Origin: the human T2T-CHM13v2.0 reference genome, Homo sapiens
Strand: one strand, 5' to 3'
Length of the DNA: 64,000 bases
Assembly (NCBI RefSeq): GCF_009914755.1
Contig: NC_060942.1
Under the pieces are notes generated by a model. That model was not told where the DNA came from and searched no databases. It was given only the letters and a program-made list of their open reading frames with translations. Shown piece after piece: positions 1 through 18,349 of this stretch (positions within the stretch are counted from its first letter, which is position 1; every line of letters begins with the position of its first letter). A program made the position numbers and the translations under genes.

Positions 1-1127
1 AAGCTGTCCCAGAACCACCAGAGAACTTGGACGCCTTTGCCTCCCCCACAGCCAAGGGCCCTGCTGGGAGAAGTGGAGTCGAGTTGGTGTAGAATGTTTC
101 CCCTGGGTGCTCAGGGCATCTGTTGAATGGGTTGTGGGCTAGAGGGAGGAAAATTCACTCTGGTAAGCTCAGGCCCAGAGGTGTGCAGAGATTTTCCTGT
201 CCATCTCTGGGTTCAGAGGGACAGGAAAGAGCCACAGGGGCTTTGCCCGGGACACTTTTGGATGCTCCTGGCTGGAAGGACCAGGCAGGCAGGGGGAGGG
301 GTGTGAGCAGATGGATGGGAGTGGCCATGGCATGGCCTTCTCTGTGATTTATCCCTCCCTCTCTAACGTTTTTATAAAAAAGAAAAATCAGTTTGGCAAA
401 ACTAGATGAGCTGAATGCTCCTAACTATTGCTGTTTGTTGAAATGACCTGCGGTGATAGCTGGTCCGCGTGGGATGAAACCTGCATGGACTGACAGGCTT
501 AGTGATGTATGCCACCAGAAAATGTCCCCAGTTCTTTTGGAAATATTAATGCTGAAAAGTGAGAAATAAAACAATACCATTTGTGAAATAGTAAAAACGA
601 GAAACCCTAGGCTTATTTTCAGTCCTGCCCTGGAAACCCTGTAATAATTAAGATTTTTCTAGAAAACTCTTGAGAGGTGAAAAGCCCTGGGTGGAAGGAC
701 ACGCCCTGCTGTATGCTACATGACCTCGGAAGATACTCGTGATTCTCTTGATCCTTCTCTGTAAAATGGGGCACACCACACATCTCCACCAGGGGCACTA
801 CACAGGGCTCAGGATGAAGCCCTCACACGGCAGGAATTTCAGAAATCTCAGCTGGCAGCAAATTTAGAAGCCCTGAATTATTGATAGCATATTTTCTCTC
901 CTGCCTGAATCCAAAGGCTTTGTGAGGTCAGGACCACGCTGGCTGAGTGCCCAGGGTGCTCCAGGGTCGGGGCACGTGCTCAGACACATGCAGAGAACGA
1001 CTGAAAGTTGAAAGGGGTTCAGTTAACTCCAAGTCCACGCATTCAGCAGATTATGTCCCACGAGAAACACACCAGAGAGATGCCGACCAAAGACAGCCCT
1101 TGCTTCTGCAGTCACTAGTGTTTATTA

Positions 1128-2400
<1,273 letters not shown>

Positions 2401-2406
2401 TAATTT

Positions 2407-2702
2407 CTTTTTTTTTTTTTTCAGACCGAGTCTCACTCTGTCACCCAGCTGGAGTGAGGTGGCATGATCTCTGCTCACTGCAACCTCTGGCTCCTGGGTT
2501 CAAGTGATTCTCCTCTCTCAGCCTCTCGAGTAGCTGGGACTACAAGTGCCCACCATCGTGCCAGGCTAATTTTTGTATTTTTAGTTGAGGTGGGGTTTCA
2601 CCATGTTGGTCAGGCTGGTCTCGACCTCCTGACCTCAGGTGATCCACCTGCCTTGGCCTCCCAAAGTGCTGGGATTACAGGCGTAAGCCACCATGCCCGG
2701 CC
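2407..2702 (-). mobile_element. Alu (AluS-like), full length
   Basis: Poly-T, then both monomers in reverse, ending gcccggcc. Confidence 0.95.
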
Positions 2703-5254
2703 TCATTTGGTTCTTCTTTATTCTTTTGCTAAAATTGTCTAATTTTCCATTTATTCCACGGGAATTCATACATGCTGAAGTGTATTTATGATGGTTATGT
2801 GAAGATCCTGCTCAGCTAATGATAGCCTCTGACTCATCTCCGTGTTGTCATCCATCGGTTTATTTCTCCTTCCAGTTGTGATTATCCTAGTTCTTGGTAT
2901 GCTGAGTGACTTTGGATCGGAGCCCGTACATTTAGGATATCTTATGAGACTCCCGAGCTGCTGGCGTCTTCGTCTGCAGCAGGTGCTGTCCGCTGGGCTG
3001 GGTACACGTGGCACTACAGCCGCAGCAGAGCCCTGACCGTGCTGGGTGGCTGCAGGCAGGTGGGGTGATGATAACCTTCCCCTGGCCCTTCTAGTATCTT
3101 CAGGTGGATGTGGGGCTTCGGCTACACTCAGCTTCCTTGGGCCCTGCTGACCCCAGGGAGGCTGTGGGGAAGCCGGTGCCACGGCCTGCCTCCCACTGCC
3201 AGCTTTAGCCTCAGTGATGCTACACAGGGAGGGGGCTCCCTCCTCAGCCCAGTTGATACTGAGGGGAAAAAGTGGACTCAACCTGCCCCCTACCCCTTAT
3301 CCTTTCTTATGGTGAGGGGCTTGCCAGGGAGGGCACAGGGCAGTGAGCAGCCCCATGTCACACTGCTTTGCTCAGGGTTGTTGCTGCCGGGTGGGGTGGA
3401 GTGGGGCTCAGCTCCACAACGGACCCACTGACATTGCCCTGGATAGGTCAGGGTGCCGCCTGCTTGTGCAGGGGGTGGGATGGAGCCAACTGATGCTCAG
3501 CGCAGCCCGAGGCCCTGGCAGGAGTGGGGGTGGGGAGGTGGAAGGTCCAGCCCTCATCGGCCCTGCTAAGAGCCTGGGGATGGGCCATGTGTGTGTCTCA
3601 TGAGTCTTGCTGCAGGGGTTTCCTGTGGTTGGGCTGCTCTGTTCGTGGTCCTCTGGCTGGGGGGTGGGGGTGAATGCACGGTTTTCCTGGAGCTCCTTTT
3701 GTGTGTGTCTGTGGGTGGTCCCAGGGTTGGAGCTTCTGCAGAGCCATGTGGAATCCATGAGGGGTGGTAGGAAGCCCAGGAGCTCAGGTCCACATCCTCC
3801 CTGGAGCCTGGCTCTCCGGGCACCCTGCCTTCTTCTTCACACCCTGCAGGCTGTGCTTGCACCCATTGGCTGTGCTGTGTCTGGGATTCTTGGTCATGAG
3901 AGACAGGACTGGGGAGGAAGGGGGCAGCTACCTGTGATGGGACTGGAAGTCTTTTCCTAAATATGTGTTGAATATAGAAGTCATTTAAATCCCACCCACT
4001 GGTGTCTGGAGGGACTGCTGGTCCTGTGATGGGCTCTCCTTCCCAGGCAGTGAGGAGGCATCGTCCTGGGGAGCAGGGCTGCTGAGTGCTCCTCTCCACC
4101 AAGTTGAAATGGAAGAAGGTGTGCTCTCCTACTCACCAGAGGCCTTTTTGGTTGACAGCTTGCACCATCTCTACCCCATCTTCATGTAACTCGGAGGCCT
4201 GTAGCCCTTGGTATCTGGCTGCAGCCTCCTGACATTAGTTCAACAGAACACAGGCAGATGTTCTGAGCTTCAGGTTTGTCCTTGCCAGTTCCCTTGATTG
4301 GAAGTTGGTCTCTGTTGCTGTGCCATGCGAGTTACTGCAGTATACATTTAATAATCACATTCACAAGCTCCCTCATTGCCAGTCCTCAACACACAAAAGT
4401 ACTCACTTGGCTAACTTTGAACAATGCACATTTTCCTTACTTGCACTTTGGATCACAGGATAAGAAGGCGGCAATGGTAAAAACAAAAACTCACAAAAGA
4501 AATGAAACATTTATTTCTGGGATCAAGGACCCTTCACGGAAGGGGGACCTGGTGGTCTGCAGGTTACAGCTGGAAGTCACTGCCTGCTTTGCTGTGGTGG
4601 TACCTTCTAGGATTTGGTCTTTGTGGAAGCCTCCATCTTAAAACAAAGGAGAAGAGGTGAATGTTCCAGACTGCATGCCCAAATGGAGAATCTGAGGGGA
4701 GGAGAAGAATGAAAAACTTCGAATGGGAAATTGGTTTGAAATCTATTTCCCCAAATCCACTTAACCTTAGGCCAGGAGAATATTGTATATCACAAACTAA
4801 TTTTGCAAATGACATTTCAAAGATCCCTTTTTAACCTAATTTAAGTGCATTCCATTGTGATTCTCTACTAGCTGCTTGTGAATAAAAATCTAATTACTGT
4901 AGCTAGACAAATTAAAATTCTTCTGGATGGAGCAACCTTTCCTTCCTTCTTTCCTTCCTTCCTGGGAATGCCAAGGAACATTGCTTGATCTTTTAGCAAG
5001 CGAAGGCCAAGGTACACAATTATTTTGGAGGGCCTGAAAAAGTATTTCTGTTCTTGTACATTTCTGTAGAGCTGTATCTGAATTCATGGGGCTGCTGCCT
5101 CTGTAACAGCTCTGGAAAAGTTTTAACACTACAGCGGCCAGTGACTGCGCCTGCATTTCAACCATGCTGCCATCAAGTGGTCATTAAGAGACATTCTTAA
5201 TGGATCTGGGCTCTTTAGTCAAGCTGGTGGGAGAAATTTCCAAGTCCTTCATTA

Positions 5255-5593
<339 letters not shown>

Positions 5594-6017
5594 TTAAACT
5601 GTAACTGGGCATGCTGCATCTTTAATGTATCAGAATTCAAGTTAAATAAACCCCATTCCAAGCCTTTAAAATCTGCATAAAAATCTAGCCAGAGTTTCTT
5701 GTCTCCCTCTCCCTGTATGGCTTATTTGCTGCTTGTTTCTTTCCCTCAGGGACCATATTTTCCTGTGACTGGCCGTTGGCTTGGCCCAGTCACTAATTCT
5801 TTGCCTCAGTGTCTTGCTCTATTTCTCTTGGTCCTCATTATTTGGTTTACTCAAATTCTTGGTACCTTGTTTATGGGAAAACCATGAGGAAAGGTTCCAA
5901 GACCTCAAGTTTAATTTAGCTCAAAAGTGAAGAGGTTGTTGTGTGTTTCCTTTCCTGTTAAAAGAACAGTCCTGTGGCATCCTCTCTCCTCACATATGAC
6001 TTCTACAGAGATTGAAA

Positions 6018-6320
6018 GGCTGGGCGCAGTGGCTGAAGTCTGTAATCCCAGCACTTTGGGAGGCTGAGGTGGGCAGATTGTTTGAGGTCAGGAGTTTGAG
6101 ACCAGCCTGGCCAACATGGCGAAACCCCATCTCTACTAAAAAGACGAAAATTAGCTGGGCGTGGTAGCGTGTGTCTGTAGTCCCAGCTACTCAAGAGACT
6201 GAGACACAAGAATTGCTTGAACCCAGGAGAGGGAGGTTGCAGTGAGCCGAGATCACGCCACTCCAGCCTGGGAGACAGAGCGAGACTCTTGTCTCAAAAA
6301 AAAAAAAAAAAAAAAAAAAA
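6018..6320 (+). mobile_element. Alu (AluS-like)
   Basis: ggctgggcgcagtggct...long poly-A tail. Confidence 0.95.
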
Positions 6321-7071
6321 GATTCAATCATCTGTCTTTCTTTTCAAGTTTGTCCTCCAAACTAATCGGAAGATTAGTATTTGAAAGGCAATAGAAAATC
6401 AGACTGAATTTTCAAATATGTAAAAAGGAGTTGTTCCCATTGTCTATTTAAGTGTGAAAGCGCCATAAAGGTAAACGTCACGGTGGAAAAAAAGTCCAGA
6501 GACTACAAGGGAACAAGGCCTCCCGCTCGGCGAGCCTCACTCCCGCGTGTCGAACTTTTCAGGTTAGTTGCTGCGATGCTTTCTCGTATTTCCAGACGTT
6601 TCCCAGACATACACAAAGATAGTTATGTAATAATTTCTTCCTCCTTTTTAAAAAATCCGAGGCATCAAATTGTGTGCTCTCTTCTGCAACTTGGTTTCTT
6701 AACGTATTTCTTGGAAATCTTTGTAAGCTGTTATTATAGTTCTACTTCATTCTATTGTAATTATTTAAAATTATTAAAATTAAAATACTTGGTAAAAATA
6801 AACATGCACTTGAGAACAGAAAGTCACAGTCATGCCACGCCTCCTCAACAACCTACTGGTAACCAGAGGCCATTGCTTCGAGCTCTTTCTATTTTCAATT
6901 CTATTGGCAGGAACCTGCAAAACTCTAGCTAATACATTTATATCTATTTTTTAAAATTTGCAGCTTCAGATAACATTCTTTAATTCTTTTATATGAAAGA
7001 TGAATATTTAGCTTGCTTACACTTTTCATATCCTAATATCGATTACATTTCTTTATTAATTAAGATTTTAA

Positions 7072-9110
<2,039 letters not shown>

Positions 9111-9615
9111 TTTACTTAATATATTTTGGAACTATTAATATATCAGGACAGAGAGAGTGTCTTCATTTTCTTTGTAGCTGCATAGAATGTATAGACCTTT
9201 ACTGAACTATGTAATTTTACCTCAGCCCGTTTTTGATTGGAAAATTGTTTACAATCCTTTTACTGCAATGACTATATATGCACCTTTAAAATTGTGTGTA
9301 TGTGCCCATTTATCTGTAAGATAAAATTCTCATAAGTAGAATTGCTTATCCAATTATGTTTACAAAACAGATTTGGTTGAGTTTTCTAGAAAGCTAGTAT
9401 GGGTTCAAGGACCACTGTGGGAATTAGTTTCCGAAGGATGAATAGAAGACCTTTTTTCCTTAATCATCCTCAAACAAAATGAGATCTGCTCAGAAAGGGA
9501 ATAAGATTGGTTTCTGTCCTCCTTTGCCTTTCCCACCTGATGCTGCTAAAGGAAGTCTGTGCATACAGCGGTCTCTCCAATTCCAAGTTCACATTTGATT
9601 TTTACATTGGACTTC

Positions 9616-9967
9616 TAATATGGTTTGGCTCTTTGTCCCCACCCAAATCTCATCTTGTAGTTCCCATAAATTCCCACGTTTGTGGGAGGGACCCATTGGG
9701 AGATGATTTAATCTTGGAGGTGGGTCTTTCCTGCGCTATTCTTGTGATAGTGAATGGGTCTCATGAGATCTGATGGTTTTAAAAACGGGAGTTTCTCTGC
9801 ATAAGTTCTCTCTCTCTGCCGCCATGTGAGACGTGCCTTTCACCTTCCACCATGATTGTGAGGCCTCCCCACCCATGTGGAACTGTAAGTCCAATAAACC
9901 TCTTTCTTTTATAAATTGCCCAGTCTTGGGTATGTCTTTATCAGCAGTGTGAAATCAGATTAATACA
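9616..9967 (+). mobile_element. THE1 (MaLR) solo LTR
   Basis: taatatggtttggct...taataca termini, internal aataaa, 5-bp TSD ACTTC (9611-9615 / 9968-9972). Confidence 0.92.
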
Positions 9968-10169
9968 ACTTCTGTTATGGACTGACTGATGTCATTTTCT
10001 AATAACATAATCTGCTTTTTTCCCCCCATCAATGAATTAGTGGAGCAGCAGACTGATTAAACATCTTCCCTGAGTTTCGCAATTCCCCTGTGCGATTCTC
10101 CATTGTTGCCCAGACCTGCAGCCCTGCCATCAGCATTCTCCCCTCTCTCACCCCAACGCGCTGAGCATT

Positions 10170-10330
10170 TTACGTGTTCTCCCGCATTTAGTTCTTGTAA
10201 CCATCCCATGATTTTGGTTCTGTTCTCATCTCCAGTTTACAGATGAAGAAACCCAAGTTTGGTGAGGTTCAGTATGTGTTGGAAAAGCAAAGAAGCAGGT
10301 GTGTCTGATTCCAGAGTGCACACGTGTTGC
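10170..10330. mobile_element. MIR fragment
   Basis: Core motif tttacagatgaagaaacc...ggtgaggtt. Confidence 0.6.
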
Positions 10331-11381
10331 ACTGTTCCCGCGTGGGTGGCAGGCAGCTGTCCCACGCTCTCTCAGCCTTCTTGCTGTGAACTTTCAGGGG
10401 CAGCTGCACCTTGTGTGCTCCCCAGCTAGGGTGCACCCTGTGTTCTGCTGTTTTTTTATTCCACACTCTGCACTTACCTGTCTTCCTTCCCTGTTGAAAC
10501 ACAGTTTCTCTTAATGGAGAAAATAAAAGTTCAGGACAATGTATTTGCCAATTGGCCTCAATGTATTTGCCAGAGAACTTCAAGAAAAGCCTTAAGTTTA
10601 TTGAGTTATAGTCAGCTCTCCAGGCAGCTTGTAAATGAGCTGGGTCCTTGGTGCAGTTTTCTTCCTTCTTGCTTATTACTTTTGGTTCATTAGCTTAAAT
10701 CCTAGCCTAGTAATATGTTGTAAGAAATAAAAAAATGTAAATTTTTAATGAATCTCAATGTCCTCTTAACTCCTGGCCAAATGCTGTAAAGTTTTTAAAG
10801 GGGATACAGAAAGATCAAAGAGTTTTTTGCTTAGGGTTACAAATTAAGGATTTTTATAGTGACTGTTCAAAAGTTCTTATTTACCAAAATGAACAACATC
10901 GTCCAAGTTACTTTATAGATCAGAATGATGAGCATAAGAAAATAGCAAATCCAGTCAGAAGAGAATGAAAAGCTGCTATCACAAAGATCATTAGCAAGAG
11001 GCCTGTTTTGACATTTAATATACGAGTATTATATGTATATTAAATATCCTGAAATATTAAGACAGCCTTCATTAAGGAGGGGGAAGAAGACAGACTGCAA
11101 AATTAGAAAAATAAAAAAGAGAGAAATCTTCCCAAGCAGGCACCATGTGTAGTAAGACATTGTGAATTTGTGGCAAGATAGGTAATTTCAAAGTGAATAA
11201 ATGAGAACCAATATGATTTATTAATTCAAACCCTATGAATTTGCCAATATTCAAACTTTTTAAACCATAGAAATTATACTTTTATACAATTTGATCTAAC
11301 AGACTCTGGTACAAATATAGCCACATGAAAAAATAACTTTGTGAGCACTTACCAACTCAAAGTATGAGAAAGTCAAAGTGA

Positions 11382-11947
<566 letters not shown>

Positions 11948-12199
11948 TGAAACCTCCTCTGTTCACCCTGACAGACCTTCCCTTCCTCCCAAAGCCTGGC
12001 AGTCCTGCTGTGGTGGTTGCAGCCTTCACTGCTGGCCACGTGCTCTGAATCAACAGCCCCCATGGGCTCATTCACACTGAGCTGTGTCTGGGTCTCTGTA
12101 TGGGGTCCTCCTGGCAGCCCTGGTGCACTTTCCTACTGATAGATCTCAGTAAAGATCTGTGAATGCTGCAATTCTAAAGGAAGGTATTGGAGGACTCTT

Positions 12200-13590
12200 A
12201 ATACTCATCTTAGTATTAATGAAAATTAATGAAGACATTGTGATAATGGTGAAGGATGGTCATAACGATGCATGGAACAGAACAGGTTCAGGGATAGACT
12301 ATACATCTATTGATTATTTGATAATGGTAACAAGGTTACTCAAAAAAGAAATGATAGAGTTTTTAACAAGTGATGCTGGAACAGTTGGGATTTCATATAT
12401 AAAAAAAGAACCTCAGCTTATATCTTGTACAATACACAAATATTTACTTGACATAAATCATAATTCTTACTATAAAGCCACAGACTAAAAAGCTCTAGAA
12501 AAAAACATGTAAGAAAATCTTTGTGACCTTTGGCCAAGCAAGTATTTCTTAGATAAGATACAATAAACATAAACTATAACAGAAAAGCACTGATAAGTTG
12601 AATGACCTTCATCAGAATTTAAAAACTTCTGCTCTTTTTAAGGCACTGTTAAGGCAACAAAAGGATAAACAATAGGCTGGGAGAAAACATTTGCAAAACA
12701 CGCATGTGATGAAAAAGACTCCAGTAATCAGAAGATGTATGGAACTTTCACAAAATAATACAAAAACAAACAAAAAAATGGGACAGCGGCAAAGATTCGG
12801 ACAGTTCACCAAATAAAAAGCATCAATGCTGAATGAACACATCAAAAGATGCTCAAAGCCATTAATCATTAGACAAATTCAAGTTCGAACCAAAAGGAGA
12901 TAACACTACACATAAATGAGAATGGCTTAAAAAAATGCCAGTACAAAATGGCAGTGCTGATGAGGACGTGGGGCCACTGAAAGCCTCATCTGTTACTGGT
13001 GAGAATGCAGCATGGTGCAGTCACTCTGGACGAGTTTGGCAGTTTCTTATAAAGTTAGTCATATGGATACCACTTAACCCCATAATACAACTCCTAGGTA
13101 TTTACCTAAGATAAATAAAAACATACATCTACACCAAGACCCACGTACAAATGTCTATAGTCCCTATTTTTATAATCAGTTCAAACCAGAGTATCTCAAA
13201 CATCCACCAGCCTGTGAACAGGTAAACAAATTGTGGTACATCTACACAGTGGGATGCTACATAGCAATAAAAATGAATGAATCGCAGACACAGGCAACAG
13301 TGTGGATGAAAAAGTCATTATGCTGAGGGAAGCTAGGTGCAAAGGCTGCATACTGTATGATTCTATTTATATGATATTCTAGAAAGATAAAACTGTATAA
13401 TCCAAATCAGATTAGCACCTGCCAAGAGCTGGAACTGGTGGGAGTGGCTATTTGTGGATTTAAGGGGACTTTTCTGTGATGGAAATTGTCCATGTTGGTT
13501 ATGGTGGTCTCACAACTGCATCCTTTTGTCAAAGCTTATAAAACTCTACACATAAAAAGGGCGAATTTTTCTACATATAAATTATATGTA
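12200..13590 (+). mobile_element. Old L1 (L1MC/ME-like) ORF2 end and 3' UTR
   Basis: A-rich sense L1 text (aaaacttctgctc..., ttggcagtttcttataaagttag, aaattgtggtacatc, tactgtatgattctatttatatga). Confidence 0.8.
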
Positions 13591-13595
13591 GAAAT

Positions 13596-13898
<303 letters not shown>

Positions 13899-14334
13899 TT
13901 AGTAAGCCTAATATTAAAAAATAAAAGAGGGGAGAGATTTATTTATTGGCTTCTTTCTTCTATTCTATACAAACGTACCCACCTTTCCCTTAGCAGCCAG
14001 GTTTTCACAGTGAATAATGTGGGAGGGTCACAGAGAGAACTGTTACTTCCTGCCCTCAAACCAATGGTTGTTGACTAAACTCAATTTATATTTGCACAAG
14101 TAAGAAGCACCACTAGAGGCTTCCCCAGGACACAGCTTCCCAGCTACAGTGCCTGTGAGCAAGAAACAACCAAAGCACTTAGGTGGTCTGGCCAGTTCCT
14201 CTGGCAAGAACAGCTGAGGTGTCTTATAAAAGTGATCATAGTTTCACGTGTGCCAGAACATGAGCAGTTAGGAGGTACAGTAAGATCTTTGTAGGATGCT
14301 GTAACATTTTGCAGATTCTTCATATACTTGAATT

Positions 14335-14778
14335 TCATCCATCCATCAATGCATCCACCATCTGCATATTTATTCATCTGCAAATCCATCCACATATTCA
14401 TTTATTCATTCATCTGTCATACACCCACCCACCCACCACCCACCTATCCATCCACCCATCCATGCATTCCATCCATCCATTCATCCATCCATCCATCCAT
14501 CCATCCATCCATCCATCCATCCATCCTTCTGCATATCCATTTATTTATCTGCAAATCCATCCACATATCCATTTATCCATTCACCCATCATCCACCCACC
14601 CACCACCCACCCATCTATCCACCCATCCATGCATTCCATCCGTCCATCCATCCATCCATCCATCTGCATATCCATTTATTCATCTGCAAATCCATCCATA
14701 TATCCATTTATCCATTCATCTATCATCCTTCCACCCACCACTCACCCAATCCATCCATCCATCCATCCATCCATCCAG
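14335..14778 (+). repeat. (TCCA)n-based compound tandem repeat
   Basis: Long TCCA runs with a recurring block tctgcata...atctgcaaatccatcca at 14361, 14528 and 14663. Confidence 0.95.
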
Positions 14779-14779
14779 C

Positions 14780-15330
14780 ATATAGTCAATGAGCACTTAG
14801 AGTGCCAGATATTCTGTTAGACACTGAACAAAGCAGTAAATAAGTTTAGAAATGTCTTATTCTCAATCTAGAGGAGCATTTCAACAAATATGCCGGAAAT
14901 CCAGTGTCGTAGGTTCTTTGATGGAAAAAGTAGAGATGGTATGGAAGAATATGATTTGAGTACTTAACTCAGACCCAGGCTAAGAGAATGCTTCCTGAAG
15001 TCATGTCTTATAAACCAAGATTTGAAGGATCACTGGAAATGAGTAAGGCAAGGACACAGTCTATGCAAAATCTGGAAGGTTAAAAAGTGTATGATAAGTT
15101 GGAAAAACAGAAAGAAAAATATGGCACATCAGCGCTCTTTGTGTGGGGTATGTCTGGGGGTTAAGGTTGATGGAGGCAAGCTGAAAGTTGAGGCCTGGGG
15201 ACTAAGATGAACTTCATCTTGAGGACAAGAAGGCTTAATGCAAGAGAATGTTCTATGTTTTTAGGAAAATCACTCTTACCTTGGGGGAGGAATTGAATTA
15301 GAAAGGGGATAAAACTGGAAACGAGAAAAT
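14780..15330 (-). mobile_element. L2 3' fragment
   Basis: gagcacttagagtgccagatattctgttagacactg resembles the antisense L2 3' end; purine-rich continuation. Confidence 0.55.
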
Positions 15331-16284
15331 AAATTTAGAGCCATATTTGAAAGTAATGAAACAGAGTTTCTTTGAAAATGGTTTGCACATCATTTTTAAA
15401 AACCAATTCAAAGTGTATTAATCAATTATGTATATTTACCATGGACAATCTATAATAAAATATTAGGTCTGTAACAAAATCTTCAGTCTCTGTAACGTTG
15501 GAGTTGGCTTTTAGTGTCCCTGAGATAGCATTACTTACAGCTACTTCTGGGCAGGCATTACTTTGCAAGGATTTGTAGATAAGTCCAGTGCCACAGTTTA
15601 TTAGGGTTAGACCATGGTGAAAGGCTGAAGAAACAAATCTTAATTTATCAGAGGTAGAAATATCTTCAGATTATTGATATGCTCACCTTAGAAGGGGACA
15701 AATTGAATATTCCCCTTTAATGGTAGTACTTCTCAAAGCTATTGCAGAAGCGTTAGTTGCTTTGGTTAGAAGGCGTGTTGCCAGCACAGCAGATGGGTGG
15801 CAGTGTCTGGATTTAGCTTTCCTCCCCTTACCTAGCATGAGCAAACAGCACTGTGACGTCAAAGGAATCAGAGTATTGTTAGAGAGTCAGATGTGTTTAA
15901 TATTGCAAATGTCATTTAGAAGGTATGTAATGAAATTTAATTTTAATTGTATTATACACTTTGACCTATCCCAGTTATAACAATTACAATTTTATCTTAA
16001 AAACATTACACTTGGGATAATTGTGGAGTCATATAGTCATACTTAGAATATGTTAGAACATATTAGATATTGGCTAATATCCTAGATATTAAATAACATT
16101 AAAATAACTTCATAATTACTAGGTCATTGTTTCTTCTTAAGAATTTCTTTGTGGTAGTTAGATTTAACAAACCGATTCAATTGTGTAAGCTGTGGTCAGA
16201 TGGAATAAAACGGAAAGGGATATTCAAGAAATTAACTCTCTTAAAAAAGGAATGAGGTAAAATAGCTCCTTTGATCATTGGCTC

Positions 16285-16450
16285 TACAAGTTTGGTCCCT
16301 GGACCAGCAGCGTCACAATCCCCCAGAAACACACTAGAAATGCCCATTGCGAATCTGCTGAAGTGCTCCCCCACCCCGACAACCCCAACCTGCTGAATCA
16401 GAGCCTCTGGGGGTGGCCCAGCAATCTACATGTTAGCAGGCCTTCCAGGA
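16285..16450. mobile_element. MER5A-like DNA transposon fragment
   Basis: ggtccctggaccagcagc...ctagaaatgc...ctgaatcagagcctctgggggtggcccagcaatct. Confidence 0.7.
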
Positions 16451-16454
16451 AGTC

Positions 16455-16730
16455 CTTAGAGACTCAGTGCCTAGGTTTTTACCTGGGCTGATCATGGGGG
16501 CAGCCTCTGCCTGGCATGGACTGAAATTCCAGACTCAAAAGCAGGTGTTTAGCATACATCATGTTGTTTGCAGAAGCAGTTTAGGTACAGTGAACACCAC
16601 CTTCGTCCGTTAATAGCGGTGGGGACCCTCCCCAAACCCAAGTTCCCAGATGCCAGCCAAGAACCAACCCAGTAAGCGGGTCTTTCCAACCACAGCAGTC
16701 AGGCCTGAAATGTTAACTCTTTTCCACACA
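16455..16730 (+). mobile_element. MER21-like LTR fragment
   Basis: Ends caggcctgaaatgttaactcttttccacaca; internal aagttcccagatgccagcc. Family recognised from memory. Confidence 0.55.
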
Positions 16731-16739
16731 GTCATACAG

Positions 16740-17300
16740 GTGTCATAAAATGAGCTGGCAGGATTTCTTCCTTTTCTATTTTGGAAATAATTTGTGAAGA
16801 ATTGTTATTATTTCTTTTCATATTTTGGGAGAATTCAAAAATTCAGGACTGGGATTTTCTTTGTGGGTAGTTTTAATTATTAAATGTAATTACTAATAAA
16901 CTTAATTACTCTCTCTTTGTTATAGGTCTAATCAGATTTTCTGTTTCTCCCTGAGTCAGATTTGGTGGTTTTTGCCTTTGTAGGAATTTCTTCATTTCAT
17001 ATGAGTCATCTAATTTCTTGTCACACAGTTGTTTATAGCATTCTCTTAGATCCACCCCCCCCTCCCCCCGCCTTTTTTTTTTTTTTTTGCAATGTTGTCT
17101 TCCAGAAGAAGTTTGGAGCTGTAATTGCAACAAAATTTGATTGGATCTGTGTTGAGGTTATAGATTAAATTTGGGATAATTACTACAGCGTATTTACAAC
17201 TTTGGTCTTCATTGCTGCCTATTGTCTGTTTACACAACCTGTCTATATACTTTGTATAAACAGGAAGCATCTACTTAATCTTTGATTAACTCATAGGAAA
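16740..17300 (-). mobile_element. Old L1 ORF2 fragments
   Basis: Minus-strand translation ECYKQLCDKKLDDSYEMKKFLQRQKPPNLTQGETENLIRPIT resembles L1 ORF2p. Confidence 0.75.
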
Positions 17301-18010
17301 GTTATTTATTTTTTATGTTAACCTTATGCTGAACTAACATTATGAAGTCTTTAATTTTTATAAATATTTAGTGTTTTCCTCTAAAACTTTAGACAATAAC
17401 TCCATATACATAAAAATGACAGTTTTCTTCTCCTTTCCAGTGTATTGTAGCTTTTCTCTTAACTTCTTGCTATATTCTACTAATGGCAATGAGAGTGTTT
17501 CATTAATTGTCTTCTTTTTTTGTCCAGAGGTCATTTTTGCCTTCCTTTATCTGGTAGAAGTATTTCAGGAAGTTTTGTATTTCTCTTTGCTCCAAAAGAG
17601 TTTAAATTATAAAAGAAAAAAAAATGGTGAGTTCCCTGTGAGCATGATACCTTGTCTGATGTTTTAGCGTCATGCAGAGTGTGCACAGAGCATTTCATTT
17701 TCTCCTTGTTGTGATGTGCTTGCTCATATGTTCCCTCTCTTTCCAAGTAAAGAAAGGCTGGAAAACTGCATTTTCCTATTACCTCTATTTTTTCAGCATG
17801 ATAGGTATAAAGTTGTAAATTCCGCCTTAGAATTCCCATACCACCTTAAAATTTCCTTCTTATTTGTTAATTTCATTACTCACTTGCTTTTGTATCTTAT
17901 TTTTTTTCACATAATATTGAGGATATTTATTTCAGACCTTAAAAAGACTAAACCGTATTCCATTTTATTAAACTGCTCTTTAAAAAATTCACAGCAAATA
18001 AATGGATTAG

Positions 18011-18348
<338 letters not shown>

Positions 18349-18349
18349 T

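Noticed and set aside
2760-4120. GC-rich stretch with many overlapping ORFs as a possible gene or CpG island
   Set aside because: CpG-poor, with no coherent protein similarity; typical GC-rich distal-chromosome sequence.
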